From contig CAVNZM010000016.1 of assembly GCA_963693365.1 (NCBI GenBank), forward strand, positions 3,561,957 through 3,625,956: DNA of 64,000 bases, in the 5' to 3' direction. The first letter of the stretch is position 1. Every line of letters begins with the position of its first letter. Shown here piece by piece: positions 24,651 to 43,623 of the stretch. The notes under the pieces were generated by a model, which saw only the letters and a program-made list of their open reading frames with translations, searched no databases and was not told where the DNA came from. The stretch is from Amoebidium appalachense. Its lineage: Eukaryota > Protista > Ichthyosporea. The position numbers and the translations under genes are program-made.

Positions 24651-25336
24651 TTATCTGAAGTTCTTTAGTCACACTACATATAAGTTATCTAATTCAGAAC
24701 TGTCTCCGTAGGACTAAATTAGCGGATCATGCGCCGAACGCACGCTCACGGACCCAGGTCGCATGAGCGGCGCACGCCAATGCAGCCATCCATGGCTCCA
24801 TGGAAGTGATCGAGTGTACGGGCCGTGCACAATCAACACAAGCTCTGATTGTCTGAGGGTTTACGTCCGCATTTCTGCAATTTCCAAATTTTGGTCGCTA
24901 GATTTACCGATAAAGTCATATAAAACGGCGCTGCACAGGTCAATGCCGTCAGTTTTCACTAGACGGATTGTAGTACTGTGGAGAGCAGTGTGGTAGTACA
25001 AAACTCTTCTTCCAGGTCTGCAATGGCCATCGTTGCTGTGTTGTGGCTTCTTCTAGCCGCAATCATGGCGCAGACGCCGCCACTCTCCGCGTACCTGGAG
25101 TACGACGTGAATATTTACAAGACTGATTGATGTGCCACGCACAGTGTCTACTTTCTTTACAAATTACACGTTTCCGTCTCTTTTGTCACATGTCAACTCC
25201 CAAGAAACCGTTTCCCTGTTCACAGTTCTAGGTTATGATAACGTTGAGTGCATGCACATGCTGTGGCGTACGTACCCTTGACAACCCTGCGCTTGTCAGC
25301 CCACTAATGCACCTTGCCGTCTAAAAAAAAAAAATT

Positions 25337-25388
<52 letters not shown>

Positions 25389-27309
25389 TATCATATGTAG
25401 ACAACATATCCATAAATGATATATAATATATGTAAATATACACACACACACACATATATATATATAGAACTTCAGAAGTTCCGGATCCTTAATATTAATT
25501 TCTGCGCCTGTCAGTGAAAGTGCACGTGTGCAGGCTACATTGCGTCATATTTTAGTTTCTATAAAACCCTACAAACAAAAATAAAGCTCCACCAGGCAAC
25601 AGTGTTGCCATGTTATGATATATCTTGTGCCTATAAATTTTTCATCCAAATACACTTTATGTGCTCTTCTCTTCCGCTTCAAATTCTGTGCACATGTCCC
25701 ATGCAGGCCCCGCCCCAACGGGGCGGGGGGTACCTGTATTTACTAGTACGTGATATATTTGCTCGATTTGCCAATACGATTAAATTATACCATACACCAA
25801 AAACGGAGGATAGATCACACACTTACATGTTCTATGATCTGAAATGGCTTTATTTCTCATAAAACCATACTTCTTTACTCCTGTAAAACGCTTCCAGCAC
25901 GCTTTCCAGGCGGTTAGCGCACGTTACCACCTCACTGTCGCCGAGTCCGAGTGAGTGCGACAAAACACACACTAAATACACGAGTTTTGGGGGATCCCAT
26001 CCGAACGGTATTCAAAGTTTGAATCATGATCGGGAAGGCAAAAGGCAAAATTGCGAAGCCATCACAAAATTATTGTAAAACTAAAAAGATACCTGTTCAT
26101 TACATGAATTATACTCAAAATTCCAACAAATACATTCAACTTTTTTGAAGCGATTTGGATTTAAGATTGTGTTTTACACCCGATATTGAAAGTCCAGTAT
26201 AATCAAAAAACAGCCACTATACAGTGGCAGGCTGATCTCATTTCTTAATGAAATTTGAACAGAGGAAAAAAGCTGATAATAAGGGGTCCATTTTGTTTTT
26301 AGGTAGAGGGAGACTAGATTGGAATTCCACAGCCCGCACGCGCGACACTGTTTGTTCCGCACACACGCCAGCTATATCTAAGACTTTGTTTTTTTTTGTT
26401 TTTTTTTGTTTTGTTTTTTTTGTTTTTTTGTTGCTTGGCATTTACCTTTTTGTGTCGTTAGCCTACGGTTACCTTTCTTTAGTTCATTCTTCAACTAAGC
26501 GAGGTGGGGTCGGACACTACCAGGGAAAGGTTACAATCCTTGACAACAGTGTATGCATGATTCATTCACCTTAGGAGTACCAAACACCTAAAGTCACTGA
26601 GCTACAGTGAGCGCTCGGTCACTACACGCTCTTCTGTTCAATCTCAAACTGCCTTTCTTTTTTCCTTTAGTTCTTTTTTTTTGTGTAGCTTGAAGAAAGC
26701 CCAATAACCCTAAGTTAGACTGGCTATATATACTATAGACATCTACACTTTGCCACTTTCGTGCATACACGCCTGGCTCAGCTTGTTCAGGTACATACAC
26801 ACACACACACTCACACACAGGCACACACGCACGCACGCACACGCACGCACACATGCAGGCGCATGTGAGTAAACGGTCAGAATACGCAACAACTTCTAAT
26901 TACCTCCTTGTGTTCCACACCAACCTCGCCTGCTTCAATCTTGAAACACCGGTCGGGACAGAACATCTCATCCTCGCCTCTACCAACTGAACGCACCAAA
27001 CATTTTCTTCTTATCCTTCATTCTTCATATTCTCTAAAAACCACAAATAGACACCCAAAAAAATGGACAACTACACCGACCGATCTGATGGAACCCTTCT
27101 GGCGGATGCCCCCGGCACTCCAGACAAATGCATTGCCAAGGCCTTCAAGCACCCCCCGTCCTGCTTCCCCATGGACCACAACGACCCTCCCACCCTCCCA
27201 ACAAACGCGGCCGTTGTGCAAGTATCGAAAAATGGGGGGGAAGACACAATGATAACATCAATGAACGAAACCTACGAAGAGTCACCTTGGGGTGGAGGCG
27301 CGGGAGGGC

Positions 27310-28548
27310 ATGGGGGGGATAGGAGCGAAAAGGACGGGGGGGCAGGGAGATTCGGAGGGGGGGCCGGTAAGGATACCAAGGAGGCCCAAAGCCAAGACGG
27401 AGGCCATCCCGCGTAGTAGAACGTTCGAGAAGACGTACCTGAAGCGCACGTGGGTGTGGTCAGGCCTTTCGTTGCTATTTATATTGGCGATGGAGGCGGT
27501 GACAATGATACTTTGCTTTAACGTTACTAACATTGGCCCGCTTGAACCGGTCAACACCACGGGCACGGCGTTAAAGGAAGAGTTCAAAGCCCTCACCTCC
27601 AGCAAGCCGGGCACCCCGGAGTTTCAGAAGGCCCTGCCGCAGGTGTTAAAGCTAAGCATCGAGTTTCCTAAAGTGGTTGCGAGGGAGAAAGCGTACGGCG
27701 ACAAGGTCTTTAACATCCAGCTGGTCACAACTTCCATTGTGTTTGTGCTGGTCACCATCGTGGCTGTGTTTGCGCTTATCTACCGTGACCATAAGGTGGT
27801 GAAATCGCGAGGAAAGGATTTCCTCGCGCATGCGTTTGTGAGCGGTTACCTCCTGCTTATTCTGGTTACGCTGAGTGCCGCGTCTTTCTGCCTGCAATTT
27901 ACCAATTTTCCTGCCCAGATATCCGTTTCTTCGTACAATGAAATGATAGCGGAGGAGAACAGAATGGTCGAGTGGCTCTTCTGGCCCATGGTCCTCGGCC
28001 TTATGACTTCCGTTTTCTTCATGGGAGCGTTAATTCAGCGCCAGCGCGTGATATACCATATTTTCCGCGGGCAGGTGAAGCTAAACCGGGTTATCAACTA
28101 TTGGAAACCGTTTCCTCTCCATTTTCCCGTGGCTTTTTCGGCTGTAGTTACGATATTTCTCTGGAGGTACGCGACGGGTCTGTCGAGCAGCGCAATGCGT
28201 TGGGCGTCGAGTGCCCTTTGGCCGTTTGTGATTGGCTACTGCGCGTGGCTCATGTTCTACACCTACAAAACGCGGAACGCGCACCTCCAGTTCTCCGACT
28301 TCTACTCTAGCATGCGCATCTTCTTTGTGTATATCATCTGTGTCACGGCGCAGTTTATAACCGTTTACGTGAACCCGCGCCTTTTGACGAATATGGTCAT
28401 TGGGTGGGTTGCCCTAGGACGTATCGTCGTTTTGTATTGGGCCTTGGACGCGTTTGTGTGTCAGGCGGTGCAGCTGAGGTATGGGAGCCTGCAGTCCACC
28501 TCGCGGTTTTCGAGCGGTGCCTCGGATACTAACGGACGCAAGAAATAG
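27310..28548 (+). CDS. Class C (7tm_3-like) GPCR-like multipass membrane protein, intronless
   Basis: Frame open 27265-28548, first ATG at 27310. Eight hydrophobic segments and family-C-like loop motifs IYRDHKVVKSRG, ALIQRQRVIYHIF and YKTRNAHLQFSDF. The overlapping ORF 27063-27416 may be the true N-terminus via a frameshift, so the start is uncertain. Confidence 0.7.
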   Translation: MGGIGAKRTGGQGDSEGGPVRIPRRPKAKTEAIPRSRTFEKTYLKRTWVWSGLSLLFILAMEAVTMILCFNVTNIGPLEPVNTTGTALKEEFKALTSSKPGTPEFQKALPQVLKLSIEFPKVVAREKAYGDKVFNIQLVTTSIVFVLVTIVAVFALIYRDHKVVKSRGKDFLAHAFVSGYLLLILVTLSAASFCLQFTNFPAQISVSSYNEMIAEENRMVEWLFWPMVLGLMTSVFFMGALIQRQRVIYHIFRGQVKLNRVINYWKPFPLHFPVAFSAVVTIFLWRYATGLSSSAMRWASSALWPFVIGYCAWLMFYTYKTRNAHLQFSDFYSSMRIFFVYIICVTAQFITVYVNPRLLTNMVIGWVALGRIVVLYWALDAFVCQAVQLRYGSLQSTSRFSSGASDTNGRKK

Positions 28549-28651
28549 AAATTATGTATGTGGTTATTGACAAATTGTAATGTTTCAACGGTTGGTAACA
28601 CGGTGGCCGCGGTGTTGTAGTGCGTGCGATAATGTTGATTTGATGATGTTT

Positions 28652-28684
<33 letters not shown>

Positions 28685-29076
28685 GGGGGGGGGGGGGGGG
28701 GGGGGAGTATATGAAGGTGTAGAGTGTGAGGTGTGAAAACCCAGGGTGTTTGAATGTTTTTGAGCATAGTATGGGTAGTGCGATTGGTGGTGGGGCAGTG
28801 TGGGTGTGATCAGTTGGGTTTTTGGGGGGGATAATTAACTAGCAGAGTCTAAGTCGTTCATATATGATGTGTAGCCGTTTGAGCAACACTCGTGTCACAA
28901 TTCACTGTACGAGGCACTAGAGTCTCCCACACACATACACCTGGGCACACGCACGTGCACACACACACATGCACCCACGAACACAAACACATAGTACATG
29001 CACGTACATGCGCACAAAATACTTGTAACGGCCAGTCGCCGCTCTAATTAGTTCACCATTCATATCTTTACCATCG

Positions 29077-29796
29077 TGTCAGAATAAATAATGTGTGTAA
29101 TGATATTTTACTCACTCCTTAGTTCTATTTTAGGTGTTTTTGGTCTTTGTTAGAGAGATCTGTGTAAATACGTGTGTTTCTTAGTCACTTGGCTATCCGA
29201 TCAGATTGCGTCCGGCTATCCGGACTCCGGTTATGGCCACTAGGGCTCGCACCGTTGTTAGCTCCGATTGGCTAGCTACGCACCACCTAGATCCCGGGCT
29301 GGATCTGTTTAGATTCTGGTGAAGTTCCCGAGAGCACCAGGACCACAAAAGAGAGCACAAGTGTACTTGCCTTCGTATATAAGCAGCTACTGCTGGACAG
29401 TAGCTCTGGGCTCGACAGTCATTAAACACGAGGTGCCGTCATTTGTAGGTCACCCCCGACACTTGTGATGGTCAGTGTGTGTGTGCCGTCACACACACTT
29501 GCAGCATTCAGCACCTTTGTGGATAAGCTTGATCACCTTAGCTACGTTAGTGTTAGGTTGCGGTCACTAGCTGTCGTACTTGTGTATTGCTGCAGACACG
29601 AGACAGCGCGGGATAATAAGGGTTTGAGTGGCGACTCAATAGTGTGAAGACTTTATTAATAGTCTGGGTGCCAACCCCATGTGCCTTAGTTTAGTGACAC
29701 GATAAATAGAGGATAGCTAGCTTACGGTGCCGCCCTTCTAGCTAATAAGTGGAGTGCCGTCTCCAGAGATAGTATAGTGTGAAGCGTTTTCTGACA
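29077..29796. mobile_element. Solo LTR
   Basis: 720 bp bounded by TGTCAGAA..TTCTGACA with a 5-bp TSD CATCG (29072-29076, 29797-29801); non-coding, with an internal TATATAA. Confidence 0.8.
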
Positions 29797-31827
29797 CATC
29801 GTAATGTTCATCGAATTCTAATTAGTGCGCCTGTAACTTGGCGCTTCGTTTTTGAATATCCTATGTACAGTAACTGGTAGACGTACTTTTTTTCTTTTTT
29901 GGGGGGGGGGGGGGGGGGGGGGGGGGGGATATATCACGAAACGTTGCTTGTTGCAGTTGTTCGTTTCCGATGCAGGGATGCTTAGTTCGAAACGTGTAAA
30001 ACCGTGCTATGCCCACACACCAGTGTTATCCGTCGAAATTTAAATTCTGAATTTTTGAAGCGATCTGGGAGGAAGGTAGGACATTGTAGCTTAGTTGTTA
30101 CAATAGTAACGTCGGTGCTTTAAGCAATCCAACTTGGAGTGAAAAATCACTTCAATAACATTTACAATATCCCCCACACCGGTTTCCAAAGTAGGTTTGT
30201 AACTTGTCGATCCGATATGCGTCCCTGTGACCCTAACAAACATGCCTAATATCTATATGTGGCCAATCATATTACAGCCAATTTGCCCAAATATGGAAAT
30301 GCAGTGAGCTTCTGAATCAATGATGATGGCGCCACAGCCCACGGAGCAGCCACGCCTTTGATTTTTTCCCTCTGAGGTTTCTAAAAATGGGACCCCCCTC
30401 CCCCCCCCCCCCCCCCCCCCCTCCCCACCCACCCACCCACCCACCCACCCACCCCCTGGGCCCTCTCCCGTTTGCGTCCTCCCCCCCCCCCCCCCCCCCC
30501 CCCCCCCACCACCACCACCACCACCACCACCACCACCACCACCACCACACCACACCACACCCCTCTCCTGGGTCTCTCCCCCTCCCCCCTCCCCGCCCCC
30601 TTCCCATAAACACGTCTGTGTAATGGATTCCCCTCAGTGTGTCTCTCAATATTACTAACACAAAACAGTGGGAGAGGGCATGCAGCAGACACAATCCACC
30701 ACGCATAATAGTGTGGCCCTTCGTTGGTTCACCCATACTTGCAACTCCGGGCCTTCTTTCTCGTTTAAGCACGTTTGTGTCCTGTTGGCTCCATTCCAAG
30801 GCTTTTTTCTTCTACCTTACCCAATCAAAACTAGCCAATTATTTACGTGCCATTTTTGGCTGTTGGCTAACCAAAGAAGGGTAGTTTTGTCCCCTTGCTG
30901 GCTTCTTTTTTTGGCTGCAGCGCTGCCTGTAGGACTATCATTTCTACAAAACAAAATAGTAAAATTATAAGCTTTCAGGAAATATGTGGATAACAGCCAA
31001 AAAAGCGCTCTTGAGAGGTGATAGCATCGCTACAAACTCAGCCAGTCCGAAAACCCATTATGCTCGTATACCCTAGGTGGCAATTGTTACTGTTGGTTTG
31101 GATCCGATACTTTCCCAGCAGAACACAGTAAAATTCGTAATATGACTCGCTCTTCAACACAAGTAAAACGACTGCCCGTTTATTCAAGTGTGTTTGTTTT
31201 ACTAATAAAAAATCACCTCCCTACTAAGTTTTTAAGTAACTGTTGCGCGACAATGCAGAACCCCTGCTTTTTCAACCGGCACACCAAAACCCACAGTATA
31301 CCACATCCTTTGATCAGGCTAAATCGCACGCTGTTTACGTCCGCAGATCCAGATACTCATTTGAAAATAGTTCTCCCGATAATATCAATTGCAAAAAGAA
31401 AAATAAAAACATGACTGAAACGATTTATCCCTGATTGCGGATGGTCGTATGAAAAAAAACAAAAGCAAAATAAACATGGACATTATCATCAAAACAAGGG
31501 GGTACTACCCAAAACCGGTACATAAGCGGGACAAAAAATAGCCCCAAATAGGTGTATGTATCGGATGCAAGTTTCTAAAGCCACAAACCTTTTCGCTGGG
31601 GACCATACCGAAAATCCACTCACAAAAAAATTCCTTCCCCCCTCCCCCTCCCCCCCAGCCCCACCTCTCATCCCCCACCTCGCCACCCAAAAAAGGCTAA
31701 TTTGCCACCAATTTGGCATCAGCGATTGGCTGCCACCGCCATCTCCCCCTGCACCACACCCACCACCTCCTTCACCTTCTTCTTACTCGTCGGCACAGGC
31801 GCAATTGATATCTTCCCCACCACCATC

Positions 31828-37332
<5,505 letters not shown>

Positions 37333-38469
37333 GTTTAACGCGAAATTTCACTCGTGATGGAAGCGGTTGTGTCTTCGCAAAAACACAAACTGCACTTGAC
37401 AAAAAGGAAAATGATGCACATGGTCAGCGAAAAAACAGAGTGGCGATTAGTGAATGTGCACCTGGTGTGGTGTGCAAATGATGTTTTTCTGCCGTGCATT
37501 GCGAAGAGAAAATGGTAATAAATCCGCACACGCCTTGAGTGTGGGTTTTTTTATCTTCTTTTGTGGCTTTGGTCTTTTGGAATTACCGTTTCAATGTTGA
37601 GATTTCCATCCTCGAATTGCCTTCGAAGGTTACTTTCCAGCCAAATACAACCTGCACATTCAGAGCCGAAATGTGATCATGCATCATCATCTAAACCGCT
37701 CATGAATATAAAATCACATTAGGGTGTATTGAGTTGAAGAATAATAGCCGTTCATGATCCGCCAAAGGAAAGAAGGCAATTTTCTGAAGTTTTAGAACCA
37801 CGTCGCTCGTGTCCCATGGTGTGCACAAAGTGAAATACATGCTACTGGATTTATGAACAAGAGATTGTTTATTCAGTTATTAATATATACATATATATGC
37901 GCATGCACACGTATCACCCTATTTGCATAAGTACTCGAGGAAAACCCAGTGATGGCATGCGTGCAAGGTGTACCCCAAAAAACATTTCCGCGGACCGTTG
38001 CAATTGAAGGGATACTTGAAACATGCCACATGTTTAAAACAATGCTGAGGTGATTTGTAGATGATGCAACTTTGGCACGTAGTAATAACGGCCGGGAAAA
38101 AAAGAAAAGCCATAAAAGACTCTTACCTTTAGTTTATCCGGTTTTGGTGGTGTGTAAAGACACCTTTCAAATTTCGGGCACTGTATTTCTTGGGGGGTAG
38201 GACACGAATGTGTCCTTCGATACCGACAACTAATCTAGTACTTTTTGACTCGCTAGCTTTAAACACTTGGTGTGTATATTCGCACAATAAATAACGCTAT
38301 TGTCTATTGCTTCTTTTACCAGGTGGCATTCACAGCTGACATCATTACAGGGGTCATGTCAAAGATTCGGTTTTTTCAAACATCACAACAACGTTCAATG
38401 TCTGTTACGGGTCTCAGGTTTACTACCGCATTAATCCTGTTTGCATGTTTACGCCCATGTGTAAAAAGC

Positions 38470-38509
<40 letters not shown>

Positions 38510-39110
38510 CTATAACATGTCTGCGCGTGTTAAAAAAGCAGAAAGAAGAGAGCAGGCATACACCGTAGTTGTACAGGTACAAGCGTCAACTTGGTGAAAG
38601 CAGAGAGTCCCCGACTTCGGAACATTTTACGTTTGCAGCAAAACAGGAAAATCGGTGGTCAGCTTGCGGCCAATAGATAAGACGTCGTTTGGCTGATTGG
38701 TCCGCAGCGCATCACTGCTGAGCAAATTTCAGGGTTGGAATTACTCGATTTTCGGGTTGAAATCTTTGGGCAGGGGATGTGCTGTGTGCGGAGCTGACTC
38801 CGTGCTCCACCGGCACCGTTGAACCAACAGTACATACCCGCTCAACCGATGAGGTACACATGTAAAAATCGACGGTACAATATATACATTATACATCATA
38901 CGTGGAGAGATGTAATAATCTATGCCCCCCCCTTCCCCCCCCCTCCCCCCCCCCCCCCCCCCCCCTATAGGCCTCGAGCTCCGGATCCTCCTTCCCCCAT
39001 ACGCACACACACACTACACACACTACACACGCACACGCCCATAATGTGCATGGCCACACCCACACCCACCCACCCACCCACACCCACCCACCCACCCACC
39101 CACACACACG

Positions 39111-39170
<60 letters not shown>

Positions 39171-39173
39171 CGT

Positions 39174-39236
<63 letters not shown>

Positions 39237-39323
39237 CACATGTACACACACACGTGCACACACACACATGTACACACACACACACACACATACACACACG
39301 CACACGCACACACACACACACAC

Positions 39324-39367
<44 letters not shown>

Positions 39368-39777
39368 GTGGCACACACCGTGGTACACAATTGCAACCAA
39401 GGTGTGGCCCTCTATGCGATCCGCGGGTCCTGGATGGTCTTTCGGAAACAGGTGAAAATGTTTCGAAGTTTCCGAAAACTTGTTTCAGAATTGAAGCCCT
39501 GGTAAATTCTTACCAGATCTACGCACGATCTCACCGATCTACTGATTGCCTGTATCTGATTGGTGTTTCTTACAACACCAATAACATTTTCCGCCAATCA
39601 GTGTGGCGAACCGAACCCCGATCTATTGTTTACCATTTTAATTTAGGCTGGCTGGCACAGTTGAAGTTGTTCGTTCGCTCCGCGCGACGCTAAAGCTTCT
39701 GCCGTAAACTGAAAGCTCCAAGGTTACGGCGACCCATGAGTGTGACACACAAAAGCACATACACACACACAAATTAC

Positions 39778-40005
<228 letters not shown>

Positions 40006-40913
40006 CACACACACACACACACACCACAAACGCAAAAACAAACGCGCGCGTGCGTGTACACACACGCACACAAACACGCGCACGCACACACCCACACGCA
40101 CACGCACGCACGCACACGCACACGCACACGCACGCATACCCACCCGCACACGCACACGCACACACACACGCACACACACGAGAACGCACGCGCACATGCA
40201 CACGCACACACGCACGCACACGCGCACGCACACGCGCTCACAGAAACACCCACATGTACACACGCGCGCGCACACACATGCACACACACACAAAAGTACC
40301 CACACGCACATTCTCCTCACATACGCACATACGCGCGCAAACACATACACACATACACACACGCGCGAGCACACACACACGCACACACGTGCACATGTGT
40401 ACACTAGTACTCCCTAATCCACCCGATGTCACACCGTACCACCATTTCACTATGGTAAATTTGAGTCATCCACAATCATGCACCCCATGGTTATATGCAC
40501 TCTATTCATGACTATAACAATATATTCAAGTTGAAGCGTCAGGGCACGCACGTGATCCCAGCATACCAGAAAACAAATGGCGCCAAATTGTAGGCACAGG
40601 TGCAGACACCGTTTAAAACCACCACCACCCCCCTACCCTCGTACGCCAACTAATGAAAGAGTTGTTGTCATATTGACTACATGCGAAGACAAAACTCCCA
40701 GCACAATAAGTACATAACACATCAGTGACACGGCCGCTCGGGAGTTAATATCACCGCACCATGCAAGTATAAGCCAGTTATTGAACCAGTACTTTTACTT
40801 ATGCCATACATGTACATAACTTGCCCCCCCCCCCCCCCCCCCTCCCCCCCCCTCCCCCCTCCCGGGCCGCCGCCGCCGCCGCCACCCTCCTTTCCCAAAA
40901 AGCAATTATTACG

Positions 40914-40955
<42 letters not shown>

Positions 40956-41478
40956 AAAAAGAAATGTAAAATACCACATATCGTATATGAACTACAATTA
41001 TTCATTATCATCAAAAACAACAAAACAACCACCACCATAACGGAAATAGACAGCTGCAGCAAAAACTGCATATGTACCATATCCGCCAAATCTTTCTGGG
41101 TCTGGCCACTTCACCATTTGATTCTTCCTAGTATTGTACCCAGGAATGCACATCTTCAACCACCAATCACATCACATACAACAAAACTCTCACCCTCTAA
41201 AGCCCTACAAATTCGTGCTTTTCCGGTTCACCTCCCACTAGGCTAATGCTTCACCCCCCCCTCCCCCTCTCCCCCCCTCCGCCCCCCCTCCCCCCGCCCT
41301 CCCCCCCCCCTCTCCATCCCTCAACCCCCCCCCCCCCTCCCCCCTCCCCCCTTCCCCTCCCACTTCATCCCTCATCCCCCCTTCCCCTTCCATCCCCCTC
41401 ACCCCTGCACCGTCATCCGCCCCCCCCCCCCTCCCCCTCTGCCCCCGACCTACCCATCCCTTGCGTAACTAACTTCAT

Positions 41479-41898
41479 TCACTCATACTTCTGATTCAAA
41501 TACTTCACAATCTCCTCGCACAGTACCACCCACTCCTCCTCACATCCCTGCTGCAGCCTGTTCTTATCCGGGTGATAATGGACCACCACCCTCATAAGAA
41601 TTTTCTTCAGCTGGTCGGGCGGAATCACCTCCGGAAGAACGTGCTTCGGGTCGCGCGGAGGGTGATTCTTGTACACGTGTTTGAGAAGCGCGAATGCCGA
41701 TTGGTTGGCTGCGGCTTTAATATCGTCCAATAGGGGCTTGAGTTTATCGAGTATGGGCTGTCTGCGTGCCTCCTCGATGACGATGGCCTCTCGCTGCCAC
41801 TTTTGCACCGCCTCTTGTGCCTCTTTGAACCAATCAACGTGGTCTAGGACACGTGGCAGAAGGGTGAGGCCAAGCTCGACCGCTCTCTGCGTGTGTAC

Positions 41899-41948
<50 letters not shown>

Positions 41949-42450
41949 GGGGGGGGGGGGGAGGGAGGTGCGCCGGGAGAGCATATGTCCGCGTGTGTGT
42001 GTGACTGTGAAGGTGTGTGTGTGTGTGTGCGTGCGCGAGGATGTGCACGTGTGCGTTTGTGCACGTCACCTGCAACGATGTGCGTGTTTGTGTAAATGAC
42101 CATGGGTGTGTGTGTGTGCATGTATGTGTGTGTGTGTTTGGAGGGGGGGGGGGGGGAGGACGTCGACGTGGGGGAGAGGGGAAGGGGGGGGGGGGGGGAG
42201 AAGAGGTTTAGATGGGACAGGGGGATGGTTTCAATTGCAAGGAGCCTTCCTGAATGCAGCTGAAGATAAGACCAACAGACACAGCAATGCATGTGGAGTG
42301 CACGATGACAAGGAAGCAACGAGGTAAAAGGGTGGGTGTGTAGGTGTTGGAGTAATAGGGGTTTTTCCCCACCTTCAACTCTGTTCTTTTCTTTTCTTCC
42401 TCTTCTTCTCCTTCCTCTTCTTCTTCTTCTTCTTCTTCTTCTTCTTCTTC

Positions 42451-42481
<31 letters not shown>

Positions 42482-43623
42482 GGTGGGGGGGGGGGGGGGG
42501 GGAGGGGGGGGGGGCGGGGGAGAGGGCAAAAGGGAAGGGGGGAGAGGGAGGGGGGGGAAGGGGGTAAGTAAAGGAGTGAAAGGGCCGAGACGACAACGGT
42601 CAAGCGTGCCACCAATAGATAGCTATATATAGCAGTGGAGTGACAGTATAACAGAAGGAGGGGAAAAGGGAGGAAAATTGCACACACACCCGATAGTACT
42701 CCTTTGCCTTGGGTTCAATCTTCAACACGCGAGCAAACACGCGGCCAAGACGAGAAAACGCAATAGCCTCACTCTCTACGTCGTGTCCCTTCGTGAGAAT
42801 CACGGCGCTCCAATACATGTCCACACACTGCCACACCGTGTCGACGTTTACCTCTTCCGATTCCGTCAGCGTCTTCACCCAACACGTGCTGCTGTGTGGA
42901 CTCGAACATGCGTGTTTGTATCTCCACCCTCTCCTCTAACTCCCCAACCTTCTCTTGCATCTCCTCCCCTACAAATCCAGAAAGTCTCTCTGCGTAGCGC
43001 CGTGCTTCTGTGTGCGGAAAGTAGCAGTCACACATGCTCCCGAGCCCGCGTTTGTAATCAACCTCCCCGTCTGCATTCTGATCCTCCCTCACCCCATCGT
43101 TAAAGGTAGCTGTCGCGGCGCTTAGAAACATGGAACCGAGTGCTTCGTTAAGAACGGGATGATGTAGGTCTGAGCTCCCGGATTGCATTTTCTTTAAAAT
43201 TACAGATAAAGCGTGTGTCCCTTGGCCCTGTGGAAGGGAGGAGAATATCGCGGGCAAGGTCTCGCACGTGAATGTGCGGATGTGTTGAATGATGGTCTCT
43301 TTCCATTCCTCGTTTTTGTTGTCGCCTCCGTATTCAAGCGCCAGAACAAAACTTTCCATGCATTTGGCAACACACTCCGGAACGCACTCATCCGATACAT
43401 CATGGCTTGTAACATATGACTCGACTGTGCGCAGGAGCGAAACACCCATGTTTTTGGCGGCCGAAGAAGCTGTGTCGAGATCCGGGCTGGAAAGGAGCGA
43501 ACAGCGGTACTTCTCGTATGCCTTGCTGAGCCTGGCGCGCCTGAGCGTGGGTGCCAGACCTTCGGCTTGGGCCTGTTTATAGAAGGCGTTGCCTTCTTCA
43601 CGCAGGCGCTTGGCTGTATCCAT
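41479..43623 (-). CDS. TPR-like helical protein with C-terminal J-domain-like HPD module; apparent frameshift (possible pseudogene)
   Basis: Exons 43623-42690 and 41886-41479. N-terminal TPR-like AKRLREEGNAFYK; EAIAFSRLGRVFARVLK..AKEYYRRAVEL; C-terminal LKKILMRVVVHYHPDKN..CEEIVKYLNQKYE. The coding frame switches near 42860-42940. Confidence 0.7.

Noticed and set aside
27367-27419. Short intron (GTAAGG..TAG) joining the upstream ORF to the GPCR-like ORF
   Set aside because: The donor is phase 1 but both AG acceptors need phase 2, so the frame is not restored.
39365-39750. Transposon inserted in a (CA)n tract
   Set aside because: Unique sequence between CA arrays, but the terminal repeats are too weak to call.
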